The notes beneath the pieces were generated by a model that was given only the letters and a program-made list of their open reading frames with translations, was not told the DNA's origin and searched no databases. A program made the translations under genes and the position numbers. A stretch of 53,847 nt of DNA from a virus, in IMG/VR virus record IMGVR_UViG_3300045988_101358, positions 1 to 53,847 of that record; one strand, written 5' to 3'. Of this stretch, positions 6,252 through 13,546 are shown piece by piece (within the stretch, counting starts at the first letter, position 1; each line of letters opens with the position of its first letter).

Positions 6252-6626
6252 ATGTCTGAATATTTCATTGCGCTCGCATTTATCTGCGGCATTATATTGT
6301 GCACGTATTTAACCATGACGTCAGTACTTGGATACAGCAGGCATCCAAGGACCATACAACTTTTCCCTCGATGGACTTGTTACGAAGTCGATCGAGATAA
6401 TTTTAGACTTCTGTTCAAGGATTGGATGGTTGCTGATCATTTTCAGTCTGAATGGAACGAAGCATATGAATTACATCATCGAATCGAATTACCAGAATTC
6501 GAAGGAATTATATTCACCAGTAGAATAAATTCCCCATATACTATTCCAAATGTGGAATATCCGTTTGCTGTAGATCTTGGATCGTTTACTACAGACCTTG
6601 GATCGAACGAACTGTTCACTTTTTGA
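6252..6626 (+). CDS. Membrane-anchored hypothetical protein (124 aa).
   Basis: ctttgaaaggatgcaaac-ATG. FIALAFICGIILCTYLTMTSVL. Confidence 0.65.
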   Translation: MSEYFIALAFICGIILCTYLTMTSVLGYSRHPRTIQLFPRWTCYEVDRDNFRLLFKDWMVADHFQSEWNEAYELHHRIELPEFEGIIFTSRINSPYTIPNVEYPFAVDLGSFTTDLGSNELFTF

Positions 6627-6637
6627 AAGGAACTATA

Positions 6638-6868
6638 ATGAATAGCATCATCGAAATTATCAAGAACTTCTGCATATTTGTGACTCTCTGTACGTTCGCC
6701 GGTCTCTGTGGAGTATGGTTCTTCATATTCTGTCTTGTAGAGCATGACAAGCACTTTGTGGGTACTATTTCTGAGAGAATCCACGATATTTCTCGTGTCA
6801 CTCCTCGCTATATTAAATGGAAGGCCAATCGTCTGCTCGGCGAACAGGTATTCGCTATTGCAGCGTAA
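6638..6868 (+). CDS. Small membrane protein (76 aa).
   Basis: ttttgaaaggaactata-ATG. FCIFVTLCTFAGLCGVWFFIFCLV. Confidence 0.6.
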   Translation: MNSIIEIIKNFCIFVTLCTFAGLCGVWFFIFCLVEHDKHFVGTISERIHDISRVTPRYIKWKANRLLGEQVFAIAA

Positions 6869-6894
6869 TGATATTTCTTTGAAAGGAATCGATC

Positions 6895-7245
6895 ATGACA
6901 ACTATTGAATGTATCCTCTACGGCGTTTTCGCTGCGGCCGCCTGCATAGTTACATATTTCATCGGGCATCATATGGGTATTAAAGAAGGCGTTGATATTG
7001 GCACTACCGGCAGTATTGACAACTTCTGCAAATTCCTCAACTCTAATGATGGCAAGGGCTTCATGCGTCATTACATCTTTGCCCATGAATTGCCGTATTT
7101 GGTCAAAACCATCGGTACCGAAGAAGCTGTAGAGAAAGGTTTGCGTATCGCAGAAGACTACGAATCTCTTAGCGTCGATACGGCTGCTAAGGAGACTATC
7201 GCCGAAGCTGAAGATATTCTGAACGATCTTGGAAAGGAAAACTGA
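6895..7245 (+). CDS. Membrane-anchored hypothetical protein (116 aa).
   Basis: ctttgaaaggaatcgatc-ATG. CILYGVFAAAACIVTYFIG. Confidence 0.65.
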   Translation: MTTIECILYGVFAAAACIVTYFIGHHMGIKEGVDIGTTGSIDNFCKFLNSNDGKGFMRHYIFAHELPYLVKTIGTEEAVEKGLRIAEDYESLSVDTAAKETIAEAEDILNDLGKEN

Positions 7246-7895
7246 TGCATCTCGTACTGGTAGGAGCCACCTGCGCAGGAAAAACAACACTCGCCGAATA
7301 CATGGCGAAACGCGGATTCCGTCGGATTATCACCTATACGACTCGTCCGAAGCGTGATTATGAAATCGATGCCTCGAAGATGAGCCCGATGGAAGTTCGA
7401 TACGCTGATCCGCCGGCCGATTACTTCTTTGTCTCTCAGGACGAGTTCGACAAGGCCAAGGCGAATGGATATTTCGCCGAGACGACCTCATACAACGCGT
7501 CGTTCGGATATTGTGAGTACGGCTCTACGGTTGAAGACTGGAAGAGTTCTGATGATACCGTCTGTGTACTCAATCCGGATGGTGTAAGGCAGCTCAAGCA
7601 AGAAGGCTATGATATTTTCGTAGTGTATATCAATACGGACTTCACCGAATGCATTGATCGAGCTCGCCAGCGTGGCGATGATGACAAGGAGATTGCTCGT
7701 CGCATGGCCCATGATATTACAGATCTTAAGAACTTTGAGAATGAGATCGTGTCGCGTACAGCCAGCCTTGATGCTGATGGAAACGTCATTCCTGGTTCAA
7801 AGCACGAAGAGCATCTGTATGACATCATGATTCCATGTGTTGGTGATCTTGAGAGCGTTGCTCAGAACATCATGAGCGCTCAAAAGAAACACTAG
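7245..7895 (+). CDS. Guanylate-kinase-like nucleoside monophosphate kinase.
   Basis: P-loop GATCAGKTTL, TYTTRPKRDYE, YFFVSQDEFDKAKANGYFAE...YGST, RARQRGDDD. This follows the guanylate kinase motif order. Confidence 0.6.
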   Translation: MHLVLVGATCAGKTTLAEYMAKRGFRRIITYTTRPKRDYEIDASKMSPMEVRYADPPADYFFVSQDEFDKAKANGYFAETTSYNASFGYCEYGSTVEDWKSSDDTVCVLNPDGVRQLKQEGYDIFVVYINTDFTECIDRARQRGDDDKEIARRMAHDITDLKNFENEIVSRTASLDADGNVIPGSKHEEHLYDIMIPCVGDLESVAQNIMSAQKKH

Positions 7896-7899
7896 AACT

Positions 7900-7925
7900 C
7901 GCGAGAAAAACAACTACCTTAATGA
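7900..7925 (+). promoter_or_regulatory. Copy 5 of the 26-nt motif.
   Basis: cgcgag aaaaacaa ctacc ttaatga. Confidence 0.5.
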
Positions 7926-8033
7926 AGGAGATAAGCTTCGTCATTGACGAGGTAAAGAGACTGAAATACGGATTCCTACGTCAAATCAGCCGTCTCCTTC
8001 ATCGTTTGCAAATAAATCTGAAAGGATATTATC

Positions 8034-8789
8034 ATGGGTATGAACGTGCCCGGATTCCTACAGGAGTATTCCCCTGCGATCCTCAGTGGCTGTGCGGTTG
8101 CTGGTGTGATCGGTACGGGAATACTAGCCGCCAAGGCATCTCCTGTCGCTCAGGATATTCTCTACCGAGAGAAATATGAACGAAAAGAAGATCGACTGCC
8201 GATTGCGGATACTGTCAAGCTGACGTGGAAGTGCTATGCGCCAGCAGTCATTATGGGAACGGCCACTATAGCCTGTATTGTGGCTTCGACTTCACAGTCG
8301 AGTGCCCGTAATGCTGCATTGGCGTCTGCCTACGGTCTTGCTTCGGCGTCTTTGAAGGAATATAAGGACGCCGTCATCGAGACCGTCGGTGAAAAGAAGG
8401 CGCAGGAAGTTCATGACAAGGTCGCTGAGCGCAAGCTTGAGCGTGCTGAATATCGTGAACAGGATGTGATTCCTACAGACAAAGGGAACACACTCTGTTT
8501 CGATAGGATTTCCGGACGATATTTCTACAGCGACATCGAGTATATTAATCGTACCATGCTGGATCTCAATCGAACCCTTATAGCTGATGACTGGGTTGAT
8601 CTGAATTGGCTGTACGATCGTCTTGGTTTGGAGAGCATCAATCTTGGCGATCAGCTCGGATGGTCTTCCGAACAACAACCAGAGCTCTCCCCGTCCAGTC
8701 GATTGGCCCCGAATACGGATATTCCATGCTATGTCGTCGACTTCACAGTCGATCCTGTGTTAAGGGCTAACTGTGCGTACAGCTATTAG
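8034..8789 (+). CDS. Membrane protein, paralogue of 10998-11933 (phage family of unknown function).
   Basis: ctgaaaggatattatc-ATG. Motifs shared with 10998: YSP-IL-G-A-AG, S...ARNA...AY, LN..Y..LG....G...GW. Confidence 0.65.
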   Translation: MGMNVPGFLQEYSPAILSGCAVAGVIGTGILAAKASPVAQDILYREKYERKEDRLPIADTVKLTWKCYAPAVIMGTATIACIVASTSQSSARNAALASAYGLASASLKEYKDAVIETVGEKKAQEVHDKVAERKLERAEYREQDVIPTDKGNTLCFDRISGRYFYSDIEYINRTMLDLNRTLIADDWVDLNWLYDRLGLESINLGDQLGWSSEQQPELSPSSRLAPNTDIPCYVVDFTVDPVLRANCAYSY

Positions 8790-8859
8790 GCATATTCTTG
8801 CGAACCTGGAATCGCTACATATGAAGTGGGTTATTCGCCACACATATGGTAAACATATT

Positions 8860-8885
8860 CGCGAAAATTACAACGTGCTTAATGA
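8860..8885 (+). promoter_or_regulatory. Copy 6 of the 26-nt motif.
   Basis: cgcgaa aattacaa cgtgc ttaatga. Confidence 0.5.
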
Positions 8886-8912
8886 CAGGTAAAGTCAACG
8901 AAAGGATATATT

Positions 8913-9065
8913 ATGAACCCGAACATGATGCTTGGCTATGTGCAGGCTGGTGTTGCAATCGTTGGTGGAATCGCCTCCGTTATCGCCGGAGTCGGAACCA
9001 TCGCGAGCCTCAACAATCAGCAAGCGCAGATTACCGCGCAGAATGCTCAGGATCAGGAAAACTGA
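8913..9065 (+). CDS. Small membrane peptide (50 aa).
   Basis: cgaaaggatatatt-ATG. MNPNMMLGYVQAGVAIVGGIASVIAGVGTIASLNNQQAQ... Preferred over the RBS-less 8846-9070 ORF in another frame. Confidence 0.5.
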   Translation: MNPNMMLGYVQAGVAIVGGIASVIAGVGTIASLNNQQAQITAQNAQDQEN

Positions 9066-9090
9066 TCTGAGATAATAAATGTTAAGAGTG

Positions 9091-9128
9091 AGGAGCTCTC
9101 GTAGAAATACGAGGCTCCTTGTTCTTTG
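9091..9128 (+). terminator. Intrinsic terminator.
   Basis: aggagctctcgta gaaa tacgaggctcct followed by tgttcttt. Confidence 0.6.
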
Positions 9129-9165
9129 CCATATTTCAGCAACAACTAACGAAAGGAATTATATT

Positions 9166-9657
9166 ATGCTGAAGAAGACCGTTACCTACCCTGGTTTCGA
9201 AGGCGACGAACTGGTTGACAAGAAGAAGGATATTTACTTCGATATTGATATCATCTCTGCTGCCAAGCTGATGGGTTCTGGCTTCGAGAAGAAGTTGTCC
9301 TTCGTTCAGACCCGTGCTCAGGAAATCGAGAACGCCGTTAAGACCAAAACTATGGACGAGAATGAAGGTAATATACAGCTGCTTGAGATGTTCAGCGATA
9401 TCTTCGAACCGTTCTTCGAAGTGGCCTACAACGAGCGTCGTGGTGACGACCTGGTGAACAAGGATGAGGATGGCGCTCCGCTATTCAAGAAATTCATGAA
9501 CACCAAGGGCTACACTGCTCTGCTGATTGATCTGGTGCAGGACCCTGACGCTGTGGCCAAACTTATTGAAGGTGCCATGCCGAAGAACTTCCAGAACAAT
9601 CCACAATACCAGGCTGCACTCAAGGCTGTTCATGCTCAGGCGTCTGTCGAAGCCTGA
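9166..9657 (+). CDS. Hypothetical protein (163 aa).
   Basis: cgaaaggaattatatt-ATG. MLKKTVTYPGFEGDELVDKKKDIYF. Confidence 0.65.
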   Translation: MLKKTVTYPGFEGDELVDKKKDIYFDIDIISAAKLMGSGFEKKLSFVQTRAQEIENAVKTKTMDENEGNIQLLEMFSDIFEPFFEVAYNERRGDDLVNKDEDGAPLFKKFMNTKGYTALLIDLVQDPDAVAKLIEGAMPKNFQNNPQYQAALKAVHAQASVEA

Positions 9658-9658
9658 T

Positions 9659-9684
9659 CGCGAGAAAAACAATTAGTTTAATGA
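9659..9684 (+). promoter_or_regulatory. Copy 7 of the 26-nt motif.
   Basis: cgcgag aaaaacaa ttagt ttaatga. Confidence 0.5.
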
Positions 9685-9722
9685 AGGGCGGTGCTTAAAG
9701 ATAGCACTGTCCTTCATATTTT
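9681..9722 (+). terminator. Hairpin plus T-run overlapping the 3' end of motif copy 7.
   Basis: atgaagg gcggtgct taaagat agcactg tccttcat followed by atttt. Confidence 0.4.
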
Positions 9723-9738
9723 GAAAGGATAAAATCAA

Positions 9739-10038
9739 ATGGAAAGCAACGAAGTCAAGAACACCCAGATTGACAACACCAACACTCAGGCTGTTGAGGT
9801 CAAGCCGAATGCCGTACAGAACAGTATTGCTCCAGCTACGCCTGCGTATAACAATAACCTTGTGAATACCGGTGTGATTCTAGGAACGGCCGCACTGACT
9901 CTGGCTGCCGGCACGGGCTTATATTTCGGCCTGGCCAAGCTGACCAAGGTCATCAAGGAACGTCTCAACAAGAAGAACGAACCGACCGAGGAAGCTCCTG
10001 CTGAAAAGGAAGAACCCAATAAGGCCGACGAAGACTGA
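9739..10038 (+). CDS. Membrane protein (99 aa).
   Basis: ttttgaaaggataaaatcaa-ATG. GVILGTAALTLAAGTGLYFGLA. Confidence 0.65.
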   Translation: MESNEVKNTQIDNTNTQAVEVKPNAVQNSIAPATPAYNNNLVNTGVILGTAALTLAAGTGLYFGLAKLTKVIKERLNKKNEPTEEAPAEKEEPNKADED

Positions 10039-10047
10039 TATTTGTTC

Positions 10048-10083
10048 GGGCGCTGTGTAAATCGCATGGCGCCCTTTTCTTTT
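10048..10083 (+). terminator. Intrinsic terminator.
   Basis: gggcgc...gcgccc followed by ttttctttt. Confidence 0.6.
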
Positions 10084-10096
10084 GAAAGGATATTTC

Positions 10097-10789
10097 ATGG
10101 CTGAAGTGCCTATGAGTTCCGATCAGGCAGGCAAACCGAAAGTGTCTGCTGGACTCGATCCGAGCAAACTTCCTGGCAATGGATATTTGAGCGATAAGAA
10201 GCTCAAAGAAGCTCCAGATCATAAGGATATTCAGAAAGTTGTTACTAATCCTGTTATTCGTAAGAAAAAGGGATTAGGATCGAAATTCAAAGACGCGTTT
10301 ATGGGCGAAGATGCAAAAAGCATTGCTGAAACCGTGTTGTATGACAATGCAATTCCGGCTATCAAGGATTTCGTCATCAGCGCCGTAAACGTCGCTCTGA
10401 ACATGGCGTTCTATGGTGATGCTCGTAAGGGTATCAACCAGACTTCCTCTAACTCCAGCTTCACCAGCTACAACCGATTTTATCGAGCGGTTGGGAGCAC
10501 GGTTGCTGAAACGGCGCGACGGTCATTGAGTCGATCCGAACGAGCACGATTCGATTTCGATGATATTGTAATCGCAACTCGCAGCGAAGCCGAAGGTGTA
10601 CTCGACACGATGTCTGGTCTTCTTGATCAGTATAAGTTCGTGACCGTTGCGGACTTCTACGATATTGTCGGTGTGACTTCAGGATACACGGACAATAAGT
10701 GGGGATGGGAAGATATTCGTGGGGCTGGCATCAGGCGAGTTCCTAACGGATATGTGATCGATCTCCCAAGACCGGAGGCCGTCAAATAA
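10097..10789 (+). CDS. Hypothetical protein (230 aa).
   Basis: tttgaaaggatatttc-ATG. Confidence 0.65.
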   Translation: MAEVPMSSDQAGKPKVSAGLDPSKLPGNGYLSDKKLKEAPDHKDIQKVVTNPVIRKKKGLGSKFKDAFMGEDAKSIAETVLYDNAIPAIKDFVISAVNVALNMAFYGDARKGINQTSSNSSFTSYNRFYRAVGSTVAETARRSLSRSERARFDFDDIVIATRSEAEGVLDTMSGLLDQYKFVTVADFYDIVGVTSGYTDNKWGWEDIRGAGIRRVPNGYVIDLPRPEAVK

Positions 10790-11001
10790 TGGCCACGCAC
10801 AAAGAACTCTGGAATCTGTTCAAACTTATGTTTCCAGCATATTCCGAGATCGCCAAAGAGTATTTTCAATGCGGTCGTGATGGAATTCGTATTGTTCTGA
10901 AGTCTGGAGTAGAACTCATATTCATCAGGCATGACGATCGCAACTGGTCGTTGGAAACTCGTAAAAGCTTTGTAGAAAATCTTGAAAGGAAACAAAAATG
11001 A
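10789..11001 (+). CDS. Hypothetical protein (70 aa).
   Basis: TAATG overlap with the upstream stop. Confidence 0.5.
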   Translation: MATHKELWNLFKLMFPAYSEIAKEYFQCGRDGIRIVLKSGVELIFIRHDDRNWSLETRKSFVENLERKQK

Positions 11002-11933
11002 CACTGCAAACTGCATTCCATACTGTCGGAGCCAAGATCAACGCATATTCTCCTGAGATCCTGACTGGTGTGGCCATCGCTGCCAATATCGGAGCCATGA
11101 TCTTCGCATCGCGAGCCACGCTTCGTCTGCAAGACCATCTGGATTCTCTCAATGAGAATAAGGAGATTCTTCAGAACGGCGTCGGCAAGAAGGTGTATCT
11201 GAGCGATGACACCGAAGTCGATTACACCGAAGAGATGCACAAGAACGATATGATGGTTTTGTATCGCGATACGATTGTGAAGATCTTCCGCGATTATCTG
11301 CCTGCTGGTGCTCTTGCTGTTGGTTCGATCGCACTCATGATCTCTTCCAACAACATCCACGCCGAGCGCAATGCTGGTATGGCTGCTGCATATTCTGCTC
11401 TTGCCGGAGCGTTCGCCGCATATCGTAAGCGTGTGACCGATGCTGAAGGCTCCGAGAAGGACAAGGAATATCTGCACGGTGTCAAGAAGGAGATCGTCAC
11501 TGAAATCGACGAGAAGGGCAAGAAGCACAAGGTCGAGAAGTTGACCAAGGATGACGGCCCATATTCTCCGTATGCGAAACTCTTCAGCACGATGAATCCG
11601 AACTGGAAGGAAAATCCGATCAACAATCTGACTTTCCTCGAAGCTCAGGAGCGCATTCTGAATGATCGTCTGATCGTGCAGGGATATTTGTTCCTGAACG
11701 ATGTCTACGATGCGCTTGGATTCTCCCGTACTCAGGCCGGCAACATGGTCGGTTGGGTGTACAATCCGAAGGACCCGAACCGTGAGAATGTGATCGACTT
11801 CGGTCTGTATCATCTCACCGGTGATGCAGAAGCCGACGAGCGTCGTGCAGACTTTGTGAACGGTCATGAAGACTCTGTCATGCTCGACTTCAATGTCGAC
11901 GGACCGATCTACGAGATCCTGCGTCAGTTTTGA
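10998..11933 (+). CDS. Membrane protein, paralogue of 8034-8789.
   Basis: cttgaaaggaaacaaaa-ATG. YSPEILTGVAIAANIGAMIFA...AERNAGMAAAYSALAGAF...FLNDVYDALGFSRTQAGNMVGW. Confidence 0.65.
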   Translation: MTLQTAFHTVGAKINAYSPEILTGVAIAANIGAMIFASRATLRLQDHLDSLNENKEILQNGVGKKVYLSDDTEVDYTEEMHKNDMMVLYRDTIVKIFRDYLPAGALAVGSIALMISSNNIHAERNAGMAAAYSALAGAFAAYRKRVTDAEGSEKDKEYLHGVKKEIVTEIDEKGKKHKVEKLTKDDGPYSPYAKLFSTMNPNWKENPINNLTFLEAQERILNDRLIVQGYLFLNDVYDALGFSRTQAGNMVGWVYNPKDPNRENVIDFGLYHLTGDAEADERRADFVNGHEDSVMLDFNVDGPIYEILRQF

Positions 11934-12062
11934 GCCAGCCAGATTCCGTGGATGCGGATATTTCTGGCAGGACATCATGGATTACCCGGGCCTTTATACA
12001 CGAGGCCCGGTAGATGACGTCACAGTGTATCAATACATAGAATTCTGAGAAGGACATTTATC

Positions 12063-12992
12063 ATGAACACCACACAGATCCTAGGATCATTGGCAGTGGG
12101 AGTCGCGATAGGCGCAACCACTGCCTGGTTTTTCTCTAAGAAACACTATCAGGACGAAGCCGAGGCTCGAATCGAATCGATGCGCAAAGAGTATGTGGAT
12201 CGATACGAGAAAGCCAAGGAGGCATATTTCAAAGGAGCTGCACAATACTCCGAAGAAGTAGCGCAAACGACGGAATCTCAGACAAATTTCCGTCGTAAGA
12301 TCCATTGGATGGCGAAGGAACTTGTCAAGCTGGAGATCAAGGATGCCGAAGAAAATATTTCTCCGGAACAATTCAACGCCATGGTCTCTCGATACGAACA
12401 GGATGTCGAATTCGACGAACAAGGTGAACCCATTTGGCCTGAACCTGTCGATTCTATTCGCAAAGATTATATTTCTGATTCGCAAGGAGATGATATGCCC
12501 AAAGTGACCAAGTTTGATTGGAGCACGCTGAACCAGAACGTCGATATTCACGCTGTTGATAGGGCCAACGAAGCCGTCGATACAGAAGTGGATATTTCGT
12601 CGTTTACGGACGGCAACGATGATGACGAAGACCCGGACTTGTCTGAGATCGATCGAGAAGACTCAGACGACCCCTACATCATTTCTCGTAGTGATTTTGA
12701 CACCGAGGATCATTTCGATACCTATGGTCTGACATATTACGATGAGGATGGCATTCTTACCGAATCCGATGGTGATACACCAGTCGAAGATGAATATCGA
12801 ATCATCGGTGATGCTATGGATCATTTCGGGGAGAAGAGTGACGATAAAGACACAGTCTATGTGGCCAACCCAGCTACAGATACAAAGTATGAGATCTGTC
12901 GCATCCATGGTTCATATTCTGAGTATGTTCTTGGTGTCAAACCCGAAAAAGAAAGCCACGGACCTCTGAAGATGAGGAGGTACGATGAGTGA
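12063..12992 (+). CDS. N-terminally anchored protein with a strongly acidic C-terminal half (309 aa).
   Basis: gaaggacatttatc-ATG. ILGSLAVGVAIGATTAWFF, followed by D/E-rich sequence. Confidence 0.65.
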   Translation: MNTTQILGSLAVGVAIGATTAWFFSKKHYQDEAEARIESMRKEYVDRYEKAKEAYFKGAAQYSEEVAQTTESQTNFRRKIHWMAKELVKLEIKDAEENISPEQFNAMVSRYEQDVEFDEQGEPIWPEPVDSIRKDYISDSQGDDMPKVTKFDWSTLNQNVDIHAVDRANEAVDTEVDISSFTDGNDDDEDPDLSEIDREDSDDPYIISRSDFDTEDHFDTYGLTYYDEDGILTESDGDTPVEDEYRIIGDAMDHFGEKSDDKDTVYVANPATDTKYEICRIHGSYSEYVLGVKPEKESHGPLKMRRYDE

Positions 12993-13533
12993 TGCCCGTT
13001 CGGTATATTTTGTATGGCTAAAGTCCGAGATTGCGGTTCAATCCAAAGACCCAGTATTCTCAACCGATCTACTGTTAGAACAGATGTATCAGACACCGTT
13101 CATCTGGGCGGCTGATATTCCTACAGATTCCAATAGAGCTCAGGATGGACAGGGGCTTCGTGAGAAGTTCATACTAGCCAATCCAGAATTCGATATTCTG
13201 GACCTCGCAGGTCCCTGCACCTTCCTTGAGTTCCTCTATGCACTAGCAGATCGTATGGATTACTGGGCTCTGAAAAGCACTGGAGTATTTAACGCATTCT
13301 GGAAGCTTTGTGGAAACTGCGGTCTGGATAGCTATACCGATGAAGTATATCTGACGAATGATCAAGCGCAGTTCCAGGTAGACGGAATCATGCAAACGAT
13401 CATGCGCAGAAATTACAAACCCAATGGTGAGGGAGGATTATTTCCTCTCAAGCACCCTAAGCAAGATCAACGATACGTGGAGATCTGGTATCAGATGAAT
13501 GCATATTTGCTGGAAGATCCCACCTTTTCGTAG
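12985..13533 (+). CDS. Hypothetical protein (182 aa).
   Basis: aggaggtacg-ATG. Confidence 0.65.
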   Translation: MSDARSVYFVWLKSEIAVQSKDPVFSTDLLLEQMYQTPFIWAADIPTDSNRAQDGQGLREKFILANPEFDILDLAGPCTFLEFLYALADRMDYWALKSTGVFNAFWKLCGNCGLDSYTDEVYLTNDQAQFQVDGIMQTIMRRNYKPNGEGGLFPLKHPKQDQRYVEIWYQMNAYLLEDPTFS

Positions 13534-13546
13534 AAAGGAGGCATAA

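Noticed and set aside
7922-8179. 85-aa ORF starting at the ATG inside motif copy 5 (TTAATGA).
   Set aside because: It has no RBS. It overlaps gene 8034 (consensus RBS, paralogue support) in another frame. The ATG is part of the conserved non-coding motif.
8846-9070. 74-aa ORF (MVNIFAKITTCLMTG...).
   Set aside because: It starts inside motif copy 6 without an RBS. The alternative-frame 50-aa ORF 8913-9065 has the consensus cgaaaggatatatt-ATG and a clean TM helix.
10866-11978. 370-aa minus-strand ORF.
   Set aside because: It is antisense to ORF 10998-11933, which has the consensus RBS and a paralogue at 8034. The minus ORF has no RBS and a low-complexity, Arg/His/Leu-rich composition typical of antisense frames.
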